DNA from: Candidatus Aenigmatarchaeota archaeon
Lineage (GTDB): Archaea; Aenigmatarchaeota; Aenigmatarchaeia; Aenigmatarchaeales; Aenigmatarchaeaceae
Direction: 5' to 3'
NCBI GenBank assembly: GCA_021163145.1
Contig: JAGGXH010000001.1
Location: forward strand, 1 to 32,666
Length of the DNA: 32,666 bases
The position numbers and the translations under genes were made by a program. Below, in pieces: positions 1 through 8,983 of this stretch; positions within the stretch are counted from its first letter, which is position 1, and each line of letters starts with the position of its first letter. The notes beneath the pieces were generated by a model. The model saw only the letters and a list, made by a program, of their open reading frames with translations, had not been told where the DNA came from and did no database searches.

Positions 1-397
1 ACTTGATATAATGTGCCATCTGTTCAAAATTAGAATGTCCTACACTATCATAGAAGCATGCAGGACTCCAAAAATGACCTTTCTGAAATGATCTGTTTCT
101 TAACCATGGGTTTTCTCTAAATAATTCATAAGATGATCTTCCCTTGAATAACTGAACAGCCTGTGAAATACTGTGTTTATGTCCAATATCAACTAACATA
201 TGAACATGATCAAGTCCAAATGATAATTCAAGTATTCTAAATCCATATTTCTCTGCTGTTTTCTGAAAACTCTTCAAACAGCATCTTTTTATTTTAGGAA
301 AATAAAATATTTTATGTCTATACTTTGGAATAAAGCATAGATGAAACACTGCTCTTCCAATTGAAGAGCTTGAGTGTTTATAGCTAACGCTATACAT
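1..397 (-). CDS. tnpA: IS200/IS605-family Y1 (HUH) transposase TnpA, 3' end cut off by the window edge
   Basis: Not in the ORF track. Manual translation from ATG at 397 gives MYSVSYKHSSSSIGRAVFHLCFIPKYRHKIF...DHVHMLVDI...LFKGRSS...GHFWSPACFYDSVG...MAHYIK. It shows the HxxFxxKYR motif, the HUH motif (DHVH), KGxSS, FW and the catalytic Tyr helix. SD-like GGAGTTGAT lies just upstream. Confidence 0.95.
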   Translation of the reverse strand, partial: MYSVSYKHSSSSIGRAVFHLCFIPKYRHKIFYFPKIKRCCLKSFQKTAEKYGFRILELSFGLDHVHMLVDIGHKHSISQAVQLFKGRSSYELFRENPWLRNRSFQKGHFWSPACFYDSVGHSNFEQMAHYIK

Positions 398-409
398 ATT
401 ATCAACTCC

Positions 410-452
410 AGCAGCAGTCTTCCTTGGCAGATAAATCTGCGTGACTGCTGCT
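410..452 (-). promoter_or_regulatory. Nested stem-loop in the tnpA 5' leader next to the RBS
   Basis: agcagcagtc (410-419) pairs with gactgctgct (443-452), a perfect 10 bp stem. Inner gcagat (427-432) pairs with atctgc (435-440). The base of the stem abuts the SD. Confidence 0.6.
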
Positions 453-501
453 ATTATTTTCTATGTGGACATTGATAGAAAAGAATTATGCAGAATATGA
501 A

Positions 502-524
502 TCCACTGCCTAAAGGCAAGTGGA
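502..524. repeat. Subterminal imperfect palindrome (left-end hairpin) of the IS200/IS605 element
   Basis: tccactgcc-taaa-ggca-agtgga with a one-base bulge. It is GC-rich against an AT-rich background, lies about 105 nt upstream of tnpA, and has the typical form of TnpA-bound end hairpins. Confidence 0.8.
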
Positions 525-606
525 ATTAAAGTTTAAATATTTTGAAAAAATTTATAAAAATATAAACTGGAATATAATGTCTAAAAAACTATTATATCTC
601 TACAAA

Positions 607-2034
607 TCACTTTAATTTTAAGAACAATCTTGCAAGATCAGAATCATGTTTTTCAAAAACTTTTAGAAATTTAAGTAAAAACACGTAAACAACAGATGAT
701 ACTAAAACAAATAGTATTGAATATAATAAATTAAAGCCATAATTACTAATTAAATAAATAAGTAATGCAAATATTATCATTGCAGGAATAGAATTAATTA
801 ATTTCTTTGAAAACAATTGCCCCATTATTTTATATGAACCAATTGATAAAAATATTAAAATTATTATTTGGCTTAAAAAATATGAATAACTTATTCCAAC
901 TGGTCCAAATGCATAATAAAATGGTATAGATAAAATAATAGTCATAAATGATGCAACTGAAATATAAATAAGTCGTAAAACATGTTTACCATATGCATAT
1001 AAAGAAGTTAACAATATTAGATTAATACTAAGCAGCATAAATGCTGGTATCATAAAAGGGAAAAATATGTTTGCATCAATATAAGACAAATTATAAATCT
1101 TTAATATCAATTGTTTTGAAAAAATTATAATGAAGATACAAAGAGGCAACAAAAACAAAGCTATATTTTTTAATGATATTTGGATTATCTTTCTAGCACG
1201 ATTAATTTTATTTCTTGCAAAAAGTTGAGAAAGATAAGGAAGTAGAACACCTGTAACTATCAATGGAATAGATAATATTACTTGTCCAAAGATAATTGAA
1301 ACACCAAATAATCCTGCTTGATTCATATCAAATATACTAAATATTAATATCCCACTTTGTATAAGCAACCACATTGCAGATGAAAAAAATGCAGCAGATA
1401 TACCAAAAGCATAAAATTCTTTTTTAACTGGTAATGTATTTTTTACATTAAAATGTTTATTAAGATAAACTCCAGTAGCCAATATAAATATTATAAACCC
1501 AATTACCCAGCCTGCAAGTGCACCGGTTGCACCAAATCCATATGAAACAAGCATAATTGGAATAATCAATCTAAATATTTGTGAACCAGAATCAGCAATA
1601 AACATAGTTAAAAATTTCTTTAATCCTTGCAACACTCCTTTAAGCACAAGAGTAAGTGATCCAAACACTATCATAAGAGCTAATAATACAAATGCCTGTA
1701 TAATTTCTGGATCAGAATAAACATAAAACGATACTATTGTTAAAATAAATGAAAACAAAACAGATACTATTATAACCTTTTTAAGAGAATATACTATATA
1801 TGTTCTAATTTTATTTTTTCCAACAATTGGTAAAAATCTTGCAAGTGCCTCATTAAATCCAATAGATGTTAGTGGTGAAAGCACAGTAAATAATCCAACT
1901 GATGTCATCATTACACCATATTGTAATGGTGTTAACATTTTTCCAATTATAATATAAAACAAATATCCTATTATTGATATTAATACAATATCTAAAAAAT
2001 AATATCTGAGATCTGAAACCATTTTCTCTTTCAT
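607..2034 (-). CDS. Oligosaccharide/polysaccharide flippase (Wzx/MOP superfamily)
   Basis: 475 aa with about 14 hydrophobic segments. N-terminal 'KMLTPLQYG...GFNEALARF' and 'LQGLKKF' patterns are typical of Wzx-like exporters. Confidence 0.85.
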   Translation of the reverse strand: MKEKMVSDLRYYFLDIVLISIIGYLFYIIIGKMLTPLQYGVMMTSVGLFTVLSPLTSIGFNEALARFLPIVGKNKIRTYIVYSLKKVIIVSVLFSFILTIVSFYVYSDPEIIQAFVLLALMIVFGSLTLVLKGVLQGLKKFLTMFIADSGSQIFRLIIPIMLVSYGFGATGALAGWVIGFIIFILATGVYLNKHFNVKNTLPVKKEFYAFGISAAFFSSAMWLLIQSGILIFSIFDMNQAGLFGVSIIFGQVILSIPLIVTGVLLPYLSQLFARNKINRARKIIQISLKNIALFLLPLCIFIIIFSKQLILKIYNLSYIDANIFFPFMIPAFMLLSINLILLTSLYAYGKHVLRLIYISVASFMTIILSIPFYYAFGPVGISYSYFLSQIIILIFLSIGSYKIMGQLFSKKLINSIPAMIIFALLIYLISNYGFNLLYSILFVLVSSVVYVFLLKFLKVFEKHDSDLARLFLKLK

Positions 2035-2585
2035 TTACTCAGCTCCTTTTCTATAACTTCAAATATATCAAAATAATATTGCCCATGTGGAACATATTTT
2101 TTTGAAAGTTCTGGATCTTTAAGATCTTTTTCCAATTGTTCAATTGAAACAAATTTTACTTTCTCAACTTCTTTATCTTTGAACTTAAGCTTTGATGCAT
2201 CCTCATCAAATCTAAAGAGGTATATATAATCAAATTCCTTGTTGTGATAATTTATCTCATTAACATGCTTCTCGAATTTTCTAATACCAATAAACTTTAA
2301 TTTTGATAAATCAACTTTAATTCCAAGCTCTTCTTCTAATTCTCTGATAGCTGTTTGTTCAGGTGTTTCCCCTGCAGAAATATGACCAGCAGTTGAAATA
2401 TCCCACATTCCTGGCCAATAATCTTTATCTTCTGCTCTTTTTTGTAATAATATTTCTCCTTTTGAATTATATATCCAAATATGAACAGCTGAATGCCATA
2501 ATCCTTGTTCATGTATTTCTTTTTTATTCTTTTGAATACCTGTTTTATTTCCTTGTTCATCTAATACATTTAATAATTCTGCCAT
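2031..2585 (-). CDS. Nudix hydrolase, IDI type 1-like subfamily
   Basis: Nudix box GETPEQTAIRELEEELG and IDI-like 'H..GLWHSAVHIWIYN..GEILLQKR..K..WPG.W'. The IDI1 catalytic Cys is absent (STAGH). Confidence 0.85.
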   Translation of the reverse strand: MAELLNVLDEQGNKTGIQKNKKEIHEQGLWHSAVHIWIYNSKGEILLQKRAEDKDYWPGMWDISTAGHISAGETPEQTAIRELEEELGIKVDLSKLKFIGIRKFEKHVNEINYHNKEFDYIYLFRFDEDASKLKFKDKEVEKVKFVSIEQLEKDLKDPELSKKYVPHGQYYFDIFEVIEKELSK

Positions 2586-3196
2586 TAAATTACCTTGTTT
2601 CTAATTAAAAAATCTTTCACAGCTTCAAATATTTTTTTGTGACCTTCTGCATTTGGATGCAAACCATCGTCAAGCAAAAATTTTTCATAATCAATTTTTA
2701 GCCATTCATCGAATAAATCTAAAAATAAAATTTTTTCTCTGTTGCAAATCTCCTTCATTAAATTATTATATTTTTCTAGACTAGTATTATAAAAATATTC
2801 AGTTGGGCTCCATATTGTTGGAGTTGTTTTTGATTCTACACAAGGTAAATTTCCAATAAATATAATTTCTTTCGTAAATTTTTTACAAATATCTATTATA
2901 TTCTTTATATTATCCTTAAATTTATCTATTGGTATTTCTACACTATTTTCAGTTATATTATTGTATCTTGCATCATTTGCACCTATTCTTACAATAATTA
3001 TATCTGGGTTTCTTGCTTTACATTCAGTATCTATTCTTTCAAATAAACCGGTACTTGTTTCTCCTCCTATACCTAAATTAAAAATACTTGCTTCTTCTTT
3101 AAGATTCAGGAATTTTCTTAACATCCTCACCCAATCATCAAATTCTAAATATATTTCATCTGATACTAAACTATCTCCGAACACACATACCCTCAT
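2585..3196 (-). CDS. SGNH/GDSL hydrolase
   Basis: Blocks FGDSL, NLGIGGET, GAND and DGLHPN. The ATG at 3196 is preferred to the track's 3205 because SD AGGTG lies upstream of it. Confidence 0.9.
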   Translation of the reverse strand: MRVCVFGDSLVSDEIYLEFDDWVRMLRKFLNLKEEASIFNLGIGGETSTGLFERIDTECKARNPDIIIVRIGANDARYNNITENSVEIPIDKFKDNIKNIIDICKKFTKEIIFIGNLPCVESKTTPTIWSPTEYFYNTSLEKYNNLMKEICNREKILFLDLFDEWLKIDYEKFLLDDGLHPNAEGHKKIFEAVKDFLIRNKVI

Positions 3197-3205
3197 TTTA
3201 AACAC

Positions 3206-4096
3206 CTAAAATATCCAATCATTATCAAATATAATTCTTTTTGGAACCAAAAATGGCAAATGATATCCCATAAACATACCAATTTTCATAATCATTTTTG
3301 AAAGGAATATCTTTGGCTCGAAAAATTTTCTTAATTCTTTATTGTATTTTTTCAAATCTGGATAAGTTCTTAATAAAATATTTGCAGATTCAAGCCCCCA
3401 TATAAGGCCTCCACCAGAATGTACTTTGCAAAGACCTGCTGCATCGCCAACAAGTGCAATTTTATCTGAGACATAAAGACCAATTGGAATTTTTGCAGCA
3501 CATATCTTTCCTTGTATCTTATGAACTTTATCAAAATATTTTTTAGCAGTATTAATTTCCTCAATAACTCCATATTCAATTTCATTTGCTCTTGGAAATT
3601 CCCATGCAAATCCATTTTTTAATGGTTTGATATTTATTTGATTTGATTTCTTTTTTCCTTTTTTTCTTATATATATTGCTAATCTTGTTTCTGGAATACT
3701 AAATCTAGAACTAGCACCATATGCACCAACAATAAAATCAAATCCTTTTAGTTTGTCAATTGATTTTACTTCTTTTTTAACAAATTTTACACCAGCTTTT
3801 TTTGCTAAATTTTTAACATATTGATTTAATTTCTTTCGATTTACAACAATTAAATCTGGTTCTACATCTAATATTATTGTCTTCTTTGGAAAATGTATAT
3901 TAATGCAATCAAATTCATTTTCTATTAATGATTTGTTTTTAGGTATATAATCCCATATTCTTTTCGACACTAGTCCAGAACATATATGTTTCCCATGTGT
4001 TTGTCTCTCAAATATTGTTACATTTTCGCCTTTTTTTGTAAGTTTCCACCCTGTATAAAGTCCTATTGTTCCACCACCAATTATTGCAATTTTCAT
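3206..4096 (-). CDS. Geranylgeranyl reductase-family FAD-dependent oxidoreductase (short form)
   Basis: Rossmann IAIIGGGTIG, CSGLVS, FAWEFP (WxFP) and LVGDAAG..KVHSGGG. At 296 aa it is compact for the family. Confidence 0.8.
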   Translation of the reverse strand: MKIAIIGGGTIGLYTGWKLTKKGENVTIFERQTHGKHICSGLVSKRIWDYIPKNKSLIENEFDCINIHFPKKTIILDVEPDLIVVNRKKLNQYVKNLAKKAGVKFVKKEVKSIDKLKGFDFIVGAYGASSRFSIPETRLAIYIRKKGKKKSNQINIKPLKNGFAWEFPRANEIEYGVIEEINTAKKYFDKVHKIQGKICAAKIPIGLYVSDKIALVGDAAGLCKVHSGGGLIWGLESANILLRTYPDLKKYNKELRKFFEPKIFLSKMIMKIGMFMGYHLPFLVPKRIIFDNDWIF

Positions 4097-4169
4097 AAAA
4101 ACACCATATACTTTAAATATGTATCGTTCAATATAAATATATAGATATAAAAATTACAGTTGATGTGTT

Positions 4170-4475
4170 ATGACTTATTTGGACCCATGGTGCATAGTAG
4201 AACCTGAACCAGATATACCAACACCAACAAAAAAAGATATATATGATTTCCTTAGACCTGAATTAAAAAATATTTATAATCTATTAAATTCTAGAAATAA
4301 TGGTGAAGGATATACGGCAAACCAAATTTCAGAGATGTTAAAAATAGATATTAATAGAGTAAGATCTCATCTTACTTTCTTATATGTTCCTTGTGGCCTT
4401 GTTGAAAAAGAAAAAAATGGGAACAATGTTGTATATTATAAAGTACCCTTGCTTGATAACGAAGAAACTTCTTAA
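4170..4475 (+). CDS. Winged helix-turn-helix protein (ArsR-like)
   Basis: TANQISEMLKIDINRVRSHL helix-turn-helix followed by a GLVEKEKNG..VYY wing. Confidence 0.7.
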   Translation: MTYLDPWCIVEPEPDIPTPTKKDIYDFLRPELKNIYNLLNSRNNGEGYTANQISEMLKIDINRVRSHLTFLYVPCGLVEKEKNGNNVVYYKVPLLDNEETS

Positions 4476-4525
4476 AAACCATAAGAAAGCATATTCTTTA
4501 AATATATATCATCTAATATAAATTT

Positions 4526-5344
4526 ATGAATTATAGATTGTTATTAGTAATACCTTTATTACTTTTAATAGCTAGTTCTGGAATATTATTTCTAAAATCA
4601 TCATCAGGAACACTTAATCTCGATATTGATTTTAAAGGCGGAACACAATTAACTGCAGAAACAAAAACACAGATAAATGCTAAAAATATAGAAAATATAT
4701 TAAAAGATTATAATGTAAATGTAAGAACTGGAAGAGGATTTAAGTCATATACTTTAATAATAGAATTTGATTCAGATATTAAAGCATCAGATGTTATTGA
4801 AAAGCTTGCTGAAAATGGTTATGATCTAGATTATTCAATACAAACAATATCACCATCTCTTGGAGAATCGTTCTTTAAACAATCTAGAATTGCATTAACA
4901 CTTGCATTTATCTTTATGGGAGTTGTTGTATTTATTTTGTTTAAAAAACCACTACCGTCAATGTATGTAATTCTTGCAGCATTTGCTGATATTGTAGAAG
5001 CTCTTGTTTTTTCACAATTACTTGGAATTAAATTATCATTAGCTACATTTGCAGCTTTGTTATTAACACTAGGTTATTCTGTTGACACAGATATTTTATT
5101 AACAACACGTGTACTTAAAAGAGAAGGAGAACTTAATGAAAAAATAAAAACAGCATTCAATACAGGAATTACTATGTCAACAACAACATTAGCAGCAATG
5201 ACAGCATTATATTTCCTAACAACATCAATTGTAATCAAACAAATTGCATCAATATTATTAATTGCACTGATTGCTGATTTAATTAATACATGGATGATGA
5301 ATGCTGTATTATTAAGATGGTATATGGAGAGGAGAATCAAATGA
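4526..5344 (+). CDS. secF: Protein translocase subunit SecF
   Basis: IDFKGGT, ISPSLG, GYSVDTDILL and six TM segments. Overlaps the secD start. Confidence 0.95.
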   Translation: MNYRLLLVIPLLLLIASSGILFLKSSSGTLNLDIDFKGGTQLTAETKTQINAKNIENILKDYNVNVRTGRGFKSYTLIIEFDSDIKASDVIEKLAENGYDLDYSIQTISPSLGESFFKQSRIALTLAFIFMGVVVFILFKKPLPSMYVILAAFADIVEALVFSQLLGIKLSLATFAALLLTLGYSVDTDILLTTRVLKREGELNEKIKTAFNTGITMSTTTLAAMTALYFLTTSIVIKQIASILLIALIADLINTWMMNAVLLRWYMERRIK

Positions 5345-7005
5345 AAATATTAAAAAATTGGAAAATATTTGTATTAATATTTTTCGTAATTTTAGCAATA
5401 ATCTCAATTATACCAAGTTCAAAGACTGGAGTTATAGTAAGATCTGTTTCATATGATTCTCCATTATATGGAAAAATAAAGGAAGGTGAATACATTACAT
5501 GGATAAATGAAAAAACAATAGAAACACCAGATGATTTTTATGCTTTTTCAAACTTTACTGGAATGTTAAGATTTATGCATAATGGTCAACTTGATCTAGC
5601 AGAAATAAAAACACCTAGTTTAGGTGTTGTTGTAGATAGTGCAGATACATCTAAAATAAAATTAGGAATGGACCTTGTTGGTGGAACACGTGTACTTCTT
5701 AAACCAGAAGGAAAAAATGTTTCTGATGATATAATAGACCAAACAATTGCAACACTGCAAACAAGAATAAATACATATGGTTTAAAAGAAACAAAATTCC
5801 AAAAAGTAAAAGATATTTCTGGAAATTCATATGTTCAAATTGAAATGGCTGGTGGGTCATTAAAAGAAATAGAAGAGCTTTTGTCAAAGCAAGGAAAATT
5901 TGAAGCAAAAATAGAACAAGAAATAAAACTAACAAATAATAAAGGATTATATACACTTGAAGAGAATTATCCTGTTTCAATAATTAATAAGACATTATAC
6001 ATTAATAATAATGCTTATAATATTGGAGATTATTTTAAATTGGAAGGAATTAAATTTGAGTATGCAAATTTAACAAATAATTCAGTAATAATAACACCAA
6101 TTGTGTTTACTAGTAGTGATATAAAATCTGTATGCATGCAAGATCAACCAGGTATTTGTGTATCAAGAATAATGAAAAGAGCAAATAGTTATTCATTTAT
6201 GTTTCAACTATTTATAACACAAAATGCTGCAGAAAGATTTGCAAAATTAACGAAAAACTTAGAAACAATTGTTGATCCTAATACAGGAGAATCATATTTA
6301 GAATCAAAATTATCATTATATCTTGATAATAAATTAATAACAAAATTATCCATATCATCTGAATTAGCAGGAAGAGCATTTACACAACCATCAATCACAG
6401 GTGCAAGACCAACAAAAGAAGAAGCATTAAAAGAAAAATTAATGTTGCAAAGTATATTATCATCAGGAGAATTACCAGTAAAATTAGAAACAATTAGAGT
6501 TGATCAAATATCTCCAATGTTAGGAACAGAATTTGGAAAATCTGCATTATTAGCAGGATTAGTTGCATTAATAGCAGTATCAGGAGTTGTATTTATAAAA
6601 TATAGGAAATTGAAAATAGTAATTCCTATTATAATAACAAGTGTATCAGAGGTTATAATTATTTTAGGAGCTGCATCATGGATAGGATGGACAATTGATT
6701 TAGCTGCAATAGCTGGAATAATTGCAGCTGTTGGAACAGGAGTAGATTCTCAAATAATGATAATAGATGAATTAAGATCTAGTAAAAAAACAGTTTATAC
6801 ATTAAAACAAAGAATAAAAAGAGCATTTTTCATTATCTTTGGTGCAGCATCTACAACAATTGCAGCAATGTTGCCATTAATGTTTATTGGAATTGGTATA
6901 ATGAGAGGATTTGCAATAACAACAACAATTGGCGTTTTAGTTGGTATATTAATTACAAGACCTGCATTTGGACAAATTATTGAAAAAGTTTTAGAAAATA
7001 ATTAA
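5341..7005 (+). CDS. secD: Protein translocase subunit SecD with a PDZ-like N-terminal extracellular insert
   Basis: KLGMDLVGGTRV, RINTYGL, SGELPV, ISPMLG, GTGVDSQI and GFAITT. The ATG at 5341 (ATGA-type overlap with the secF end) is more likely than the track's 5290. Confidence 0.95.
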   Translation: MKILKNWKIFVLIFFVILAIISIIPSSKTGVIVRSVSYDSPLYGKIKEGEYITWINEKTIETPDDFYAFSNFTGMLRFMHNGQLDLAEIKTPSLGVVVDSADTSKIKLGMDLVGGTRVLLKPEGKNVSDDIIDQTIATLQTRINTYGLKETKFQKVKDISGNSYVQIEMAGGSLKEIEELLSKQGKFEAKIEQEIKLTNNKGLYTLEENYPVSIINKTLYINNNAYNIGDYFKLEGIKFEYANLTNNSVIITPIVFTSSDIKSVCMQDQPGICVSRIMKRANSYSFMFQLFITQNAAERFAKLTKNLETIVDPNTGESYLESKLSLYLDNKLITKLSISSELAGRAFTQPSITGARPTKEEALKEKLMLQSILSSGELPVKLETIRVDQISPMLGTEFGKSALLAGLVALIAVSGVVFIKYRKLKIVIPIIITSVSEVIIILGAASWIGWTIDLAAIAGIIAAVGTGVDSQIMIIDELRSSKKTVYTLKQRIKRAFFIIFGAASTTIAAMLPLMFIGIGIMRGFAITTTIGVLVGILITRPAFGQIIEKVLENN

Positions 7006-7008
7006 ATA

Positions 7009-7332
7009 TTACTTCTTTAGCTTCAAAATTGTTTCAGCAATATCTTTGGTTTCATCTAGTGTCTTTATTATTTCTTCTTCAGATGCACCAGTTTGCTCTT
7101 TGATCATATCAATGTCAGCTTGTGTAAATTCTTGTGCTTCTTTTTCAGAAATATCCCCCATTATTTGAAATGTATCTTTACCTTGCATACTTATTTTTGT
7201 AACATGAGGGTTTGAAACAACTATATTTTTATCTGGTGTCTTTATTATAACTTCTGTTGCATCTATATTTTCTGTCTTAATACCCATTTGCTTCATCATC
7301 TTTTCCATTTGCTTAGCTCCAAGATTAAACAT
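7009..7332 (-). CDS. nac: Nascent polypeptide-associated complex protein (archaeal NAC)
   Basis: QMEKMMKQMGI...EVII...P.V..I.MQG..TFQI.G followed by a UBA-like C-terminus (DIDMIKEQTG...DIAETIL). Confidence 0.93.
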   Translation of the reverse strand: MFNLGAKQMEKMMKQMGIKTENIDATEVIIKTPDKNIVVSNPHVTKISMQGKDTFQIMGDISEKEAQEFTQADIDMIKEQTGASEEEIIKTLDETKDIAETILKLKK

Positions 7333-7439
7333 ACTATCAATTACTATCTAATATTTATAAAATTAATTATCTATACATTAGAAATTTTCTTCCATAAGGG
7401 TAAAAACAGTTTATAATTCATATTTTCATGAAGTAAATT

Positions 7440-8624
7440 ATGTTTTACATATTAGCATCAATGTTATTAGGGGTTATTATAGGTGTAATTGCTGGATTAT
7501 GTCCTGGTATACATCCAAATACATTTGCAACAATAACATTACCATTACTTGCAGCAACCAATCCACTTTATGCATCTATATTTTTATTATCATCAACAGT
7601 TGTAAACTCATTTGTTTCAACTGTACCATCAATATTATTAGGTGCACCAGAAGATACAGATATCTTAGGAGTATTGCCTGGGCACAAAATGTTAATAAAA
7701 GGTAGAGGATATGAAGCAATTAGACTAACTGTTGTAGGTAGTATTGGAGGTGCAATTTTTTCTATAATATCATTACCAATATTTTATTTTATAATTCCAT
7801 TTCTATATAACACCATAAAACCATTTATCTCGATAATATTATTATTAATTGTAAGCTATATGATCTACATAGAAAAAGGATTTAAAAAGAAAGCATTTTC
7901 TCTTTTTATTTTTATTTTATCAGGTATTCTTGGAATTATAACACTAAATTTTTCAAATAAATTGATATTTCCATTATTATCTGGTCTCTTTGGTTTACCA
8001 CTGTTAATATTAGCAGTTTTTACTAAAACAAAATTTCCAGAAAAATTTACATTCAAATATGAAAAATTCAATTTTAGAAGAATATCATTAAATTCAATTA
8101 TTGGAAGCTTATCTGGTATAATAACTGGGTTATTACCAGGTATAGGAGCTGCACAAGCAACATTAATGACACAACAAGCAACAAAGTCAAAAAATGATAA
8201 AGATTTTCTAATGGCACTTGGTGCAGTAACAACTGCAAATGTTATTTATTCTATATTAGCTTTATGGTTAATTGGAAAAGGTAGATCAGGCATAGCAGTT
8301 GCAATATCAGAATTAATAAACATAAATATTAATTATGTGCTCCTATTTCTTTGTATTATAATCATTAGTTCTGGAATAGCAGCATATCTAACTTTAAGGA
8401 TAACAAAGCATGTAATGAACATATTGAAGAAAATTAATTATTCTTTATTAAATATATCAATAATTATCATGATATTTATAATAGGGTTTTTGTTTTCTGG
8501 AATAATTGGATTATATGTATTAATTATTGCTATGTTTATTGGGCTAATACCAAATTACGCAAATGTAAAAAGAACACATTGCATGGGATGTCTTATTATG
8601 ATAGTTTTAAGTAATTTGATATAA
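7440..8624 (+). CDS. Tripartite tricarboxylate transporter TctA-family (DUF112) membrane protein
   Basis: Duplicated GLxPG motifs (GLCPGIHPN, GLLPGIGAAQA), 'PSILLGAP' and 'LPGHKML..G.GYEA'. Polytopic membrane protein. Confidence 0.88.
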   Translation: MFYILASMLLGVIIGVIAGLCPGIHPNTFATITLPLLAATNPLYASIFLLSSTVVNSFVSTVPSILLGAPEDTDILGVLPGHKMLIKGRGYEAIRLTVVGSIGGAIFSIISLPIFYFIIPFLYNTIKPFISIILLLIVSYMIYIEKGFKKKAFSLFIFILSGILGIITLNFSNKLIFPLLSGLFGLPLLILAVFTKTKFPEKFTFKYEKFNFRRISLNSIIGSLSGIITGLLPGIGAAQATLMTQQATKSKNDKDFLMALGAVTTANVIYSILALWLIGKGRSGIAVAISELINININYVLLFLCIIIISSGIAAYLTLRITKHVMNILKKINYSLLNISIIIMIFIIGFLFSGIIGLYVLIIAMFIGLIPNYANVKRTHCMGCLIMIVLSNLI

Positions 8625-8664
8625 GTTTAAAAATTTTATTGTCAATTAAATAAAAGGTGAAAAT

Positions 8665-8982
8665 ATGGAAGCAAATATATGTGAAGAATTTTGGCAAAAA
8701 GTATATGAAATAAATAACAGAATATGGATAACTGCAAAATTCCCAAAACACATTGGGTGCTGGGAACTGTATCATAGTACAAAATCTTATCATATTCAAG
8801 GAACTTATCATAGCTTACTTGAATTAATTGAAGAATGTAAAAAATTAAATTGTAGAAATATTGAAATTGGTTATAATGGAAATTATTTTGAATTAAAAGA
8901 AATTAAAAAATCTATAATAGGTATTAAAAGAAGCATAATTTTATCAGACATATATATAGAACCTGCGTTATATCATGAATAA
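8665..8982 (+). CDS. Hypothetical protein
   Basis: 105 aa ORF with a strong SD (AGGTGA) filling the gap between genes. No family recognised. Confidence 0.7.
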   Translation: MEANICEEFWQKVYEINNRIWITAKFPKHIGCWELYHSTKSYHIQGTYHSLLELIEECKKLNCRNIEIGYNGNYFELKEIKKSIIGIKRSIILSDIYIEPALYHE

Positions 8983-8983
8983 A

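Larger units (their letters stand above)
1..530 (-). mobile_element. IS200/IS605-family insertion sequence, left part; continues beyond the window start
   Basis: tnpA plus an upstream imperfect palindrome at 502-524. The exact left boundary is not determined. Confidence 0.8.

Noticed and set aside
2031-2585. Call as a true isopentenyl-diphosphate isomerase (idi)
   Set aside because: The catalytic Cys of IDI1 is missing (STAGH) while the hydrolase Nudix box is intact.
5290-5340. N-terminal extension of SecD given by the ORF track
   Set aside because: It overlaps the secF coding end by more than 50 nt. The ATG at 5341 gives a normal TM1 start.
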